Made by a program: the position numbers and the translations under genes | Shown: positions 50,909 to 63,427 of the stretch, piece after piece | Layout: each line of letters starts with the position of its first letter | How positions within the stretch are numbered: the first letter of the stretch is position 1 | Notes under the pieces: generated by a model | Database searches by the model: none | Seen by the model: only the letters and a program-made list of their open reading frames with translations | What the model was told of the DNA's origin: nothing | Assembly (NCBI GenBank): GCA_051362555.1 | Contig: CM120643.1 | Location: 13,242,644 to 13,306,643 of the forward strand | Reading direction: 5' to 3' | Source of the DNA: Lingula anatina | Lineage: Eukaryota > Animalia > Brachiopoda | Length of the DNA stretch: 64,000 bases

Positions 50909-53900
50909 ATGGAAGATCGCTATCGTAATTTTGTAGCTTTTAATGGCTACTTTCAAGTTTGTTTTCAATGCAGTGAAGATGAGAAAAACAAGAAAAATGA
51001 GGTGAGTCAAGACAAATTTCTTTTTCTATAATTTCTGTGTACAGTGTACCAGTAAGATGAATATAAATTAATATTTGTATCATTTTATTTGTACTAGAAG
51101 TTGCAGTCCAAATAAGCAGCCTCTAGCATTCCTCTTAAAATTTTTATGATCACTTGTTTCACTGTAATGTGCCCACTATTTTCTTGCAATTTTAAGATGA
51201 ATCAGTGACTGTGCATTTGTTAATTTTGTAGATCGAGAACCAATTTTCCACTGTTGGCAAGGTGATGGGTGTATCCTTCTCAAACAAGTAAGAGTTTGGT
51301 TTTAATTAAGAATTGTATAATATATAATAATATGGTTTCATTTATGGTTACTTGACTGTTTGGTTCAGTTTGAAATGTGAATTTTTCTGTAGTATTATTT
51401 ATTTTCATATGGTAAATTCACTATTCATTATTCAGAACTTTGAGGATTCGTCAGAGTGAAAGGTGAAGGAAAATAAACACAACTTTCCAAGAATTTGACC
51501 AACTGTGTGTAGATTTTAACACTTGCAGTAAACAAATCCCTTAATCGAACTGAATATTTTCCAGATATTGCTTTGTAAAATTCCAAACAAAAGCTGAAGC
51601 CCTAAAAGCCTTGGATGAGTTGTCTTGTACTTATCGTCTAGAGATTCCATTAGGGAACTTGGAGGGGACAGCCAAAAATGCAGCTGGCCAGAAGCCTAGG
51701 AATGGTGGCCTACAAACTTATACACATCAGGGTAAGGTTTTTATATGATTGGTTATTTAGAAAAAGTACTTGTGTCTTAGGCTTTTGACATTTGCCTTTT
51801 TTTTTCACTTTTTTTTTCGTAACATTATGATAATTAAACAGAAGGTCTGTGTTTTGTTTGCAGGTATATTTCTATTGTTAATGACAAAATAACCAATGGG
51901 TCTCAGATTACCCTTTGTTTTAAGGTGTCATTATATATTATAAATCATAATAAACAAAATGAACCTTCATTTATGGCTACATATGTAAAAAAGATAATGT
52001 GTGCTTTTCTGTGTTTCCATTCAGGTTGTGATGTGGCTTAACTGAGTACACACTATCTCCCCAAACTGAATTTGGTACTATACATTTTGTTTTCAATCAT
52101 GGTGAGCCAACAAAGGGGTTGGATTAGCTTCTTGTCATTTGATTGTGTTGTCCCATTGGCTGCCTGAGATAGTATGATACTAAGTTAGACCCCATTCCTA
52201 GTCTATGTAGTTCGACCCAACTCTACGGGGACTCCTGGTAAGTGCGATCAGCTTTACAGAATGACACGCCTTCTCTCGTCCAGCATACTTGTATAAACAG
52301 CAGCTTTTTTGTTTGCTACTTAACACCAAGAGGAGGCCTGTCATTCCGTTAAGCTGATTGCAGTCAGCAAGAGTCCCTTCAGATTTGGGCCGATCCTCGT
52401 AGACCGATGTTGTGGGGTCTTCACTGGGGCTTTACACTGGTCACAACTTGCTCTTTTGAGGTTTAAACTACTGAACATAAGCAGTTCTTTAAGGTCTAAA
52501 CTCCTTAAATTTGAAGTTTAATTTCTCTGTTTGTTTTTTACCTTAGGGGGAGGAGGAGATGCATCGCAAGACTGGGTTTGCAGGTATGATGGCCTTTTCA
52601 GGACCAATTTTTAAACAGCACAGTTAGAGTTCTAAAACCCACATTTGCTATTTAGGATAAACTGACCTGTCTACCAATAACACAAATATAAATTTGCAGT
52701 TTCAATGACCTTAATGGCTTGCATGTTGGAGGTTTTAAAAAAATTGAAGTCAGTGATACACATACAACTTTACAAAAGATTGCTGATATTATAATGATAT
52801 TATCAGATTAAAACAGTGCATGAAGTTCCAAATGAAACAAAATTATTGTATAGTGAACCTTGGGACCATTTGGGTGACTATTTTTTGGTGATGAATAGAG
52901 AAGGTAATGATGACATGTTCACACTTTCATATTTTAGCAATTGTGGAAACTTAAACTTTGAATTCCGAGTCAGATGCAACATGTGTCAGTGTGATAGGCA
53001 ACTCAACAACAGACTTTACTCAGGTATCGTGAGTTATATTAATATAAACAGATAAATGTCATAGTTTTAATGTTTTCTACATGGGTTGAACATTCAGCTA
53101 AATTATGATGCAAATTGATTAGAAATTGCTGAGCTTATGTATAAAAAAAATGATGATAAAGATCAAAGTATGGCTCAGGCTCCCTCCATGTAGGTGGTGA
53201 TTTGTGCATACATACTTTAAACATACCACATGCTTTTAAATGTTGCATTTACCAACAGGTGGCTATATTAAAAATACTATTTCTTATTTTTGTTTTTTAA
53301 ATAAAAACTTTGTTTTCTATTCAGATGTACCCAAGAGCATTTCCTCGCCTTTCACAGGGGTACAAATATATGTTGGAGGGCTCCCTTTTAATGTCACTGA
53401 GGTACAGCTGTTGACATCTTTTATTACTTTTTTGACTGTCAGCTTGTGTTCATTCCACCTAAATATGAACATGTAATGAAAAACTTTATTTGTTGGAATG
53501 GCTTATTTGCTTAAGGGGATGATAATACTGCTAGAGGGAAAAATTGAGATATTTTGTATGTTTTCATATAATTACAGGATGAGGTGCTCGAAACTTTCCA
53601 GATGTTCTGTCCAGTCAATGTTCACAAGCCTAAAGCTCAGAAGGTCCAAACGTATGTCACATCACATTGATATGCTTATATTTAAGGTTCTTGATAGTTA
53701 AGGCATATAAGATGCCAAATTTTATTACTTTTTTGACTGTCAGCTTGTGTTCATTCCACCTAAATATGAACATGTAATGAAAAACTTTATTTGCTGGAAA
53801 TGGCTTATTTGCTAAAGGGGATGATAATACTGCTAGAGGGAAAAATTGAGATATTTTTCATGTTTTTTTTTTGTTTTTTTTGCATGCCCCAAACATATTA

Positions 53901-54821
53901 TGCAAATAATGTATCCATGTCTTATCTTGACATAGCACGCTATGAAATGTTCTTAATACTAAAACTGAAATTGTCACATACATATCAGACACTTAACTAT
54001 GAACTATTAAATTTGACTTTAAAATCCCTCCTTTTCAGTAACAGCCAGTATTTTTTCGTCGAATTTGCATCTGCCGATATGGCAGCACGTGCTTGCATTG
54101 CGTTTGATGGCTATAAGGTACGAGGTAAAAGCATCCATGTCAGTTTCGCATCCCACACCAATCCCGATGTGATGGAGCAAGCTTTGAAAGACTTGGTGGA
54201 AGGGGTCAGAGCCAAGTATAAATGGGCTGACAAGAAGAAGGATAAAGGTAATGGGTTTGTGCCATTTGGAGTAATGCCACAGACTTTTGACTAACAGTCT
54301 ATAAAAGAAATTACAAAGATCGGAATACTAATATCTGTTTTACATTTTGACACGTTATAGTGCTGTGAGTTTTTGCATGCTTATTTTTAAAAAAAATTCT
54401 TTTCCTGTATTCTTTGTCTTCTTCACTTGATGCCTTTCTGTGAGAAAAAGGTGGTTGTGAAAATTGCTTTTAGAAAGCAGATGTACATGTTTTAATTCGA
54501 GTCTCTGTTGTTCCAGATGGGCAAATGACCAATAAAAATACCCCATCTGTGACAGATCCACTGCAAGGCCCAACCTATCAGAATGGAGATTCTGCCACAC
54601 CAAGTTTGTTCAGCATGACAGTCGATCACGTTTCGTCTTTGTTACGAGACCTTTCCCTCATACAGCACGTCCCAGTGTTCCGTAGCTATGGCGTAGACGG
54701 AGAGATGCTCAACTCCATGACGGAGCCTGGCTTAGACATGTTGGGCATGATCAACCCACTGGAGAAGGCCAAGTTGTTGGGGAGGGTGGAGAAAATGAAA
54801 AGGTTGGTGTTCAAGAAGTAG
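50909..54821 (+). CDS. Spliced gene for a ~367-aa RNA-binding protein, RRM - RanBP2-type zinc finger - RRM - SAM; coding exons 50909-51001, 51232-51287, 51565-51731, 52547-52583, 52938-53023, 53325-53401, 53578-53651, 54039-54247, 54517-54821
   Basis: All introns GT-AG, phases chain without stops (1104 nt); RNP1 KYCFVKF; DWVCSNCGNLNFEFRVRCNMC; RNP2 IYVGGL and RNP1 QYFFVEF; SAM-like MTVDHVSSLLRDLSLIQHVPVFRSYGVDGEMLNSMTEPGLDMLGM; probable 5' UTR exon ending at 49597 (G|GTAAG). Confidence 0.85.
52188..52419. mobile_element. Foldback MITE in an intron of the RRM-SAM gene
   Basis: Termini GACCCCA...TGGGGTC (same end as MITE copy 2); internal arms ATCAGCTT..GAATGACA / TGTCATTC..AAGCTGAT. Confidence 0.7.
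53419..53866 (+). repeat. Direct duplication of ~146 bp in two consecutive introns (53419-53564, 53720-53866)
   Basis: TTTTATTACTTTTTTGACTGTCAGCTTGTGTTCATTCC...GAGGGAAAAATTGAGATATTTT present twice with few differences. Confidence 0.92.
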
Positions 54822-55732
54822 CGTTTAGTCTGAGGACGCCATGGCTCTTTTCTCATTTAGAAGTAGACTTAGCTGATGCAGTCTGTACCAGTTCGCTTTA
54901 AAAAATGGACAGCTTGATATCCTGGCTGTTGTGTCAGAGAGTCACCTTAGTGAAGCCCCTGTGCCCAACTATGGCTGTCAATTAAGAAGCAAAGTTGTGA
55001 AAGGGAACAGAAAACCATTGTAGCAAAGTACCATGTTATGACCTCTGGAAGGGAATTGCTACAGAAATTGATATATCACTATAAGTATACTGCTGGGTGT
55101 AAAAAAAGGCCAAAGCTTAATAATTCAGCCCCCCCCCCCCCTCCATTTCACCTCAGAGAGTCGCTGGATATATTGAACTTCACTAAAAAAACATGGTTTT
55201 CTCTTAGTCTACAAGCTGATTTTATCTAGACTAAATTTCGATTTCTTTTTTCCCTGGGAAAAACTATGAATGTGAGAGAAAGTCTAATTATGATAACAAT
55301 TAAAACAAAGTCAGATCATTATTGCAATATGTTTCTATTTAGTTTAAAATATTCCAACATTTTTACTAAATAGGTTTAAGTGATAATTGATTTTAATAAT
55401 GTGTCATTTTTTAAGAGAAACTAAAATAGCTAATTAATGATATTGTCATTCTCTGTGCATAAGTTGTATTTTATGTCTAAAAAATTTGCTGATTGATCAA
55501 TAATCTATGGAATCATTTTTTTTTTTCATTTTTACAATGTTTTTTCCAGGTACTCAAAGTGACACTCCCAATATTGAGAAGAAAACAGCTGAATAGACTT
55601 GCACTTTTTCCATCTATGATCACGTTATTGATTTGTTATTCGAAGCAAAATGGTGCTTATTGTTGACATCTTGATGATAAGGAGTGGGTGGGAGGAAAAG
55701 ACATTGGTCATTAACTTTTTACATCAGCAAAA

Positions 55733-55981
55733 CAGGCCAACCCATCTACCAGACTTGGCAATGATGGATCCAAAATTCACCAGTAGATTGGATCACGATG
55801 CCCATTTTCAAGGTGTGTAACAGTACATGCTTTGAAGTATCAGATTTGGCACCCTCTTGCCTGGTACTCGTGACACCTCGAAGCATGTATTGATACACAC
55901 CTTGAAAACCAGTGTAGCGTGTTCCGATCTACGATGTATTCTGCATCCTTCCGTGCCACGTTTGGTAGTTGGGTAGACCTG
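55733..55981. mobile_element. Imperfect foldback element downstream of the RRM-SAM stop codon
   Basis: CAGGCCAACCCATCTACCA...TGGTAGTTGGGTAGACCTG; inner arms TTTTCAAGGTGTGTA..TACATGCTT / AAGCATGTA..TACACACCTTGAAAA. Confidence 0.7.
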
Positions 55982-58286
55982 CAGGAGTAACAGAGAGCCT
56001 CAAGTCTATGCTGTGGTATTACGCATTAGGTTGAAGACTGAATACCTTACCTCCTGTGAATATGCAGTGACTAATACTGGTGTGGCTACTCCTACAGATG
56101 CAATACTACCAGTAGAATGTAAAATAGATACAGATGTTCTAAGGCCAGTTAACTTCAATAACTTAATTCAGACTTTCAGTGCTGTAACTCATTATTGATA
56201 GTCGTTTTGTTTTTATTTTTCTTTTTATTTCCTAAGAACAGCATTTGACTTCTGTTTTTTTTTTCTTAATTTTTTGCGTGTAGTATTTCGTGCTTTTTTT
56301 TTCAGAATTTCATCGATGATTTGAATTCAATACAGTAAGGCAAGTGTCTTGATTCGTAAAAGAAATTTAAATCGTGTAAAAGAGTAAAGTTCTATTTCTT
56401 TGCAGCAATTTTTTAGGAAAAAAGTGATATCCCTTTAAAAAACAGTCAAGTTAAACTTGTTTTCCCATGTCCATTAGAAAAACTCAAGTTTCGCACAAGT
56501 CATTAAAATTGAAAGTAGTTCTGTAAAGAAGTATATTTTATCACTTGCTATGTCGTAAAAAGGTGGCTGTGTCACATTGTTTTCTTGTAATTTAACTTGA
56601 AGGTTATAGTGGACCACCCTTCTTTATTTTCTGTAAAACTATGAGATTGTTATTTTTTAGGTACTTGTTTCAGTTGTTACACGCGATGTTCAGATAACGT
56701 AGTGCCTTCTTTAAATACTGCGAAGAGTTTTTACCAAAAATAATTCAGTTGCAATAATGTCTTTAACTAGTTTCAAATCGTTCAGTGGCATTGTTTTATT
56801 GGTATTTACACACCTTTTAAGGTATTTAAATTTTTTCCAACGATACAAATTGCATCTTCAAAATAGAGAAGTTTGAGTTGGATAACTTACGGGTTTTTTA
56901 AATAATTGGTTGAATTAGACATATGGAGCATAAGTCGTTTCTCATTTGGTTTTCATATTGAAGAGTCTATATGAAATTCGTCAGCACATTTTGTATAATG
57001 CGTAAGTCACAATTTGGTGCTAAGTTTTTTATTTTTCAAAGTTACAAAGGATGTTTAAATATTTGCAGCCTGGGAGGTTTCAAAAGCATAATCCATAGAT
57101 TTTTGTATTGACGACTCTGTTTGAGTAATACATTTACAAAATTAGTTTCATTAGCAACTTGTTGTTTAATATTTCAAGGGCAAAAATGTTGAGGTTCGCT
57201 CTGTAATTTCATTGAACTTTGTTGGTCATTGGAAATGTGGTTGTCTTCTAAGGGGAATTGATATGAACAAAGATTTTCTCTTATTTTTCTTCACTTGCTT
57301 TTCAGCTTATACAATCAATGCTGCATTATGTATTAACATGAATAATACTGGCCGAGTTTAATGTTTAATGTTACAGAGCTTATCTCCCTTTTTTGTAGAC
57401 TGATTTCTTTTACATGCAGTATCTTCTTTAACCAAAGTTAGTTAATATGATCAGTTTCAGTTTGGCTCACAAATATTCTACCTACAAATATTTAACAGGA
57501 CATGTTTAGTTGCACTTTGCATCACCTTTGTCCAAAAAGATAACTCTGATAACAGGCTTGCTTTCCAAAGATTTTGCCCCGAATGCCCTTAGAGAGTCTA
57601 CTCACTCTGTAGTGGAGGTTAGCCATTTCTGTTAGGCTGACAGTGACGGCAAACATAGACTGTGTACAGGAAACCCAGGCCAGGGCAGTCACTGTAATAT
57701 CAGACAGTGCAGCTATTTGATCAGTTAAATAAGTTTTCATGTATAATCATATTTGTTTAGATCTGCTAAATGTGTAATGTACATTTGTCTTCTCTGTTAT
57801 TCTTATTGTTTTTTTTTTTTTCTTTTTTTTTTGAAACTTGGCAGGTAGATTGTATTTTTGCCTTTACGTACCATACAATTAGACATGTAGTTAGTCTGTA
57901 GAGGTATAGAAAAGTTATTTTGCAACACATACTAGTACTAGGTCTCATCTGTTCTACGTTGTATTTCTCCAGTTTATCGTTAAATTCGTTAAACTTGTTG
58001 TTCAATTACTCTTCAGCATTCTTGCTTGTGCATTGTTGTAGTTCTGAACCAAAGGAAAAAAGAAATATAATTTTCCTATTAAAATTGATGTTTTTAATTT
58101 ATTCTGATTATCTCGAGTAACCTTGAGCCTCTAGATGAACAAATGACGTGCATATTGAATCACTTAATTTTGTGGCATGACCGATTTGGCAGAGCACAGT
58201 AACTAAAGGGAAAAACATTGTACCCCCCCCCCTTACTTGCTCCTCAAGCCTAAACCAGTTTGTTGCACCTCAACTGCATTCCCTAG

Positions 58287-58523
58287 AGCCTAGGTCCCAA
58301 CTGCATTTTGGACGCACGGTTTTAGGTTCCTTACCTCTGGCTAGGAAGTAGCTAGATAGCACATAGCAGCTGTTGATCATGTCGAAAAGTTTCTACGTGC
58401 TGTTTACGTCCTCCAAAAGTCGCACGGTGGACGTGCTCCTCACGCACAAACTCCCACGTTGTCCCCATTTTTTTGGCTGTAGACCACATGTAGCAGCTCG
58501 TACGTTCGGTTGGGACCTAGGCT
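58287..58523. mobile_element. Harbinger-like MITE
   Basis: 15-bp perfect TIR AGCCTAGGTCCCAAC...GTTGGGACCTAGGCT, flanks TAG/TAA. Confidence 0.8.
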
Positions 58524-59704
58524 TAACAGAGGTCACTGCATATACTACTTGCAATGTCTATCTCAGGCCTATAACCAGCAATTCCCTTAGGGAGGGGTGG
58601 GGGGGTCAGGAAAAAAGGAACTTTCATCATGAAACCTTCATGCACTTGGGACATATTTTTACCTAGAGTCCACATTTTTCTGGTTAAAATAGCAATTCAT
58701 TTCACCTCCCCCAGCTATGGATGTGCCTGAGGAGAGCTTGCCACCAGAGTGCCAAATCCCCAAGTTGAATTTTAATCAATTCTTTTGTTCATCATAATGG
58801 CTCAGTTCTTATTTTAAGTAAACAAGTTCTGTTATACTAATCCAATTATTTTGATACATATTTAAATCTATGACTAGTAATAAAATTGGCCTATATTTTA
58901 CATTTGAGAAAGAATTAGGTGGGGGGAAAAAAGCTTGGTGCACCATAATTCCTGACTATTGGTCCAAATGCTTGATATGAGGAACTGAAAAACATTGAGC
59001 TTTTTAAGAATGTAGTTTTACTTAAATAAAATGCAATGTATGATGAGAAACATGATGATGATGATAAAATTATGAGAAAAATAATCTACTGAAAATGTGT
59101 CCTATCAATCTACAAAATGCCATCTCCTCAGAGTCCTCTGTTACTTCACAGTAATGGAAGATATTTTCTAAATAACACTGATGACCCCTTACATACAGGA
59201 AATGGTACATATATGTAATATACAGAGAAGTCCAACTTTCTGTCACCCGTTGCTCAATAGATGGAGCATGAGAAGATGGCACACTTCACTCAAAAAGAAG
59301 ACTCTGCCACTGAAACACTGGTGCTTCTATTTGTCTTATCTAAAAGTCCTTGTGCTGACTTCCATTTCTCAATTCCACTCGTTATTCTAGATCTTCATTA
59401 ACAGCACATCACTTCAACCAAAACAATAAGTCAAAGATGAAATCCATTGTCTTGTTTTCTCTGCAGTATTTGTGGAGGTTTAAATTATTTTTAACTATTA
59501 TCTAATGTTCAATATCTTTACTGTAATGTTGGCAATTTAACAGTGGGGAATATGCCACTCATTTTCAGTTGCTTCGAATTCGTAATGTGCATCTTACAGA
59601 GTTTTTATCTCTTGCTCCCTCTCTTTATTAGAAAAATGTGGTCTTATTTTGAAAAAAAAATTGCATTAAGCTGCACTGCTGAAAATGTCAGTCTCTGAAT
59701 GAGT

Positions 59705-60270
59705 TCACATCACTTGCTTTGGTTGCTGTGTTGGTAAAAGTCCAAAACGTTTCTTGATGGTAATCCTCTGCCTGGAGTACTTATCATCGGGAGAAAACCT
59801 GGCGGGGTGAGCCGACTGTGTGGGTTTACCATAGGGGTCTGTTTTCTGAAAATTAAAAGAATATTTTGTTGCATTGTGTATATCATTTAAGTCTAATTAG
59901 GAATGTTTGAAATCTTAATTTAAATTATTAGCACTTTCATCCAGACCTGGTATAACTTATGATACCGTGTCTTACTAAAAAAATAAACTGAATACTGATA
60001 GTGATACAAATGTGAAATACTGGTATATAAATTGCTACAATAACTGGCACTGTGAGTAAAAGCAACTTGCACAATATCACACGACTCGATCAAGACTTAA
60101 AAATGGCGACATTAAATTTAATTTGGATCTGGCATTTTTAACATCAAACACACTGGGAAATCGTTTGATCTCAAAATTTTCTTCATCATATTAAGAATTC
60201 AAATTCGTTGCCAAACCTTCAGAGTATACACTCTTTCCCCGTCCTCGTTTAAATAAAACATCATAAACAT
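59705..60270 (-). CDS. NOP10: NOP10, H/ACA ribonucleoprotein subunit 3; exons 60217-60270 and 59705-59845
   Basis: [18 protein letters not shown]|[46 protein letters not shown] (64 aa) with the diagnostic [14 protein letters not shown]; GT-AG intron; AATAAA at 59624-59629. Confidence 0.96.
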
Positions 60271-60543
60271 GTTGCGGCCTTTTCTACTACACCACTGATA
60301 CTACACGTGTTGCTGCAACTAAAGATGGCCGACTCTTTGTACTCTCCAAACGCTATATGTTTTTGACCTATTTAATACTGATAGGGGAAATGAATTATTT
60401 GAAAAGTCGTTAATAATACGTTTTACATAATTATTATATACTTTTACTTGTATCTGACGCTTAATTAGGTAATTTTAAGAATTTAATATTACATATTGCA
60501 CCTCAAATCCGAGTGCAAAGTATTCCCTTTTACCCTCAACTGC

Positions 60544-60630
60544 GCCCGGATAGCTCAGTCGGTAGAGCATCAGACTTTTAAGCATGATCAAGTCATCTGA
60601 GGGTCCAGGGTTCGAGTCCCTGTTCGGGCG
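60544..60630 (+). tRNA. tRNA-Lys-TTT: tRNA-Lys(TTT) with a 14-nt intron (60581-60594) at position 37/38
   Basis: Spliced GCCCGGATAGCTCAGTCGGTAGAGCATCAGACTTTTA|ATCTGAGGGTCCAGGGTTCGAGTCCCTGTTCGGGCG is the canonical 73-nt eukaryotic tRNA-Lys(UUU); intact A/B boxes; oligo-T terminator from ~60637. Confidence 0.95.
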
Positions 60631-62751
60631 TTTAAGTTTTTCGTTTTCTCATTTCCCCTTTTGTTTTGACATTGTATTATCTTTCCCGACAAAACAGTGT
60701 CATTACCTTAAGATGATCAATGGATTAAAACATCTTTATTGAGAATTTAGTATTCGTACGCGATGCACACTTATTGACCTAACCCCCTTTTTCCGATCAT
60801 TTCAAAATTAACAACATTTCATTCTTAATAATTGTTTCGCTTACCATTTATCAGGCTAAAGGAACAGTCGTAGTTTAATAGCAACATAATTGAAATATGA
60901 AATATCCATGGACTACCACCTAACCTTTTAAACCTATTTTAATTATATAGGCCTATGTGTGCAAACGATCTCCGTTAATTAGTAAGGGATTTATGGGCCT
61001 TCAAGTCGTTTATCTCTCTAATGCAGCCTATACTGGCAGTGCATCAGGCAAATGTGTCTTGTTCCGATTATTGTCTTGTAAAAAAACTCTTTACACGCAA
61101 TACTTTTCAGATTGGATATCGATATAATTACACTTCACCTTCGCGAAGAAGGAAACTAGAATATTGTTAAGAACGTGTAGGATAGGATAGTTTGCATTTG
61201 ACGAATCAAACATTTTATTTGTACAAAATTTCGCTAACTGCATTTTAATACCAAGTGGACGAAGTCAAAGAAAGCGTTTTATTCACCCAAGAGTTCGATA
61301 AGTGTAGCGCCAAAACCCCATACGCACTTTCACGGCAGTATGTAGGCCTACATAGACCTATATATGCAGACTTCGGTGTGGACGGCAGGCTGTGCCTTTG
61401 GCATTGGTGAATCGATCGACCGATTTATACAGCAACCATGCATAAGAGGGCTTGAATGTAAACAAACGCTCACAATAGAAGTCACATTGTTCCATCCGCC
61501 ATATTGCGGATTTTGCAATCCGGTCTAGATGACAGAGCCAACTTGATGGAGTGTTACATGCCGCAGTAGTACACTGAATTATCTGTGTCAATTTCGAGTT
61601 CTTTTTTCTTCCTCAGTCGATGAAATGACGCTGGTGGTGAAGAAAGATACGTAGCTCATATAACCGCATACAGGTGAGTTGTACAGGTAAAGAAGGGTCG
61701 AATTACCTTGTGATGATTCAAGTTGAGTACGGTGTTAGAACGTCGTCGACGTTTTAAGTCATGAGTCCATAATCACGAGCAGATATAAATGTAGCCTATA
61801 TAGTTTCACCCGCGAGTACCTAAGACTTAATAACTAAGTCCTCGTACCAACATATCGCCCTCGGTGACATTCGACTTTTGAGTGGATCTCCTTTCTGAAC
61901 TATAATTTTGTATCAGACAACCGAAGAACATTTGGGACATTTTGATGAAGGTTCTTCTCAGAACGGAAAACTACAAACCATGTTAGACTATTAAAAAGGT
62001 TCAACCTGGCCTCTTATCAGTGGTTGTAGACGTTATTACTTCTATAATTCTAAAATAATAACAGACAGAAAGATGACATGAATCAGAACGGAGTCACAAG
62101 GGTGCTACGCATTGAACCGTTAGGATTTTTCGGCAGAAGGCAGATAATGAACACCGGTTTTTCACAATTCCTGAGTCATTATGCCGTAAGCACAGTCCCA
62201 TTCAATCGACGTGGTTACCGCAGAACAACGTTACTATGTTATACACCTTAAGAAAGTAGCCTGAATAGCAGCCAGGACTAAACCATTACAGATTTCGAGC
62301 TTTAGATAAGAACCGTCATGAAGTGGAACTATCCTTGGATCGTGCACTTCCTAGTAATAGTTTTGTACTGAAATTTCCACTTCCCATCCTCATTGACTTA
62401 TTGAATTACAAGTAATACTTCAGAACAACAATGGTTTTGATTTATATTAACAGAGAAAAGGATTTTTTGTTCTGTGACGAATTTAAGTCATACGAATTAC
62501 AGCACTCCTTGTTCAGCGTAAAGCAATGTTATTCATATAATATCGACATTAATTATCATCGTCCATTGGGCCTTTATATGAATAGCTTCAGATAATATAT
62601 CAGACAGATATACCTAGAAATGTGAAAACGAACTATTGTAACGCATTAAGGTAAGAATTACACACGTCTTCCCTTTCTCTTGTAAGAATTATCTTTTTAT
62701 GTTTTTTACATTTTTTCTTTTTCTTCAGTCTTGTCGCCCTACGAGAGAAAG

Positions 62752-63331
62752 ATGGTTGTTTCTACACGACTCAAGACGGAAATGGTCTCAGAATATAGAG
62801 CCGTATGGAAGGTCTCTTGGTTCACAGTTACATTGATAATGTCAGTAGCAAAATTGGCAGGTAAGAACCGATGCGTATATGTAATATAAGTCACAGTAAA
62901 ATATTTGGATTAGTGTGTGTGTGTGTGTGTGTGTGTTAACGTGTGTGCGCGCGTGCGTGCGTGTGTTTGAGAGAGCGACAGAGATAGAAACACAGAGAGA
63001 GAATGGCGAAATAGAGGTGTTGAAGAAATAGTTTGTCATTTATATATATCTCATATTTATATATCTCATAAAAATGGTCTAATATACATTTCAGAGGCAC
63101 AAAATTACTCCTATTGTATCAACGGCGGGGTGAACCGCATTACAAACTTCAAAGGTGACATTTCGTCCAACATGGAGGGACAAGCGTACTACCAGAGTGG
63201 CATGGACTGCACGTGGGTACTGGACGCTGGAGAGGGAGGGCGCGTGCTGGTCACTGTACTCAGCTCCAGTTTACAGTGGACGCCGAACGACGCGACATGC
63301 ACCCAGTATGATCACATGGAGGTTCGAAATG
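62752..63331 (+). CDS. 5' part of a signal-peptide + CUB-domain protein (exons 62752-62860, 63095-63331; continues beyond the window)
   Basis: MVVSTRLKTEMVSEYRAVWKVSWFTVTLIMSVAKLA, then C..GG...KGDISS...YQSGMDCTWVLDAGEGGRVLV...C.QYDHMEVRNG (CUB consensus); phase-1 introns; likely 5' UTR exon ~61617-61673. Confidence 0.8.
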
Positions 63332-63427
63332 GTCAGTATTAAGACCAGTATATTAATTGAAATGGCCAGTATTAAGACCAGTATGTTAATTGAAATGGTC
63401 AGTATTTAGGACCGGGGTTTTAATTGA
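63326..63427 (+). repeat. 33-bp tandem repeat (3 copies) spanning the CUB exon donor
   Basis: GAAATGGTCAGTATTAAGACCAGTATATTAATT units start at 63326, 63359, 63392. Confidence 0.85.

Noticed and set aside
53498-54038. Two ORFs beginning MAYLLKGMIILLEGKIEIF that look like paralogues
   Set aside because: Translation of the duplicated intronic block; the real coding frame uses the flanking GT-AG exons
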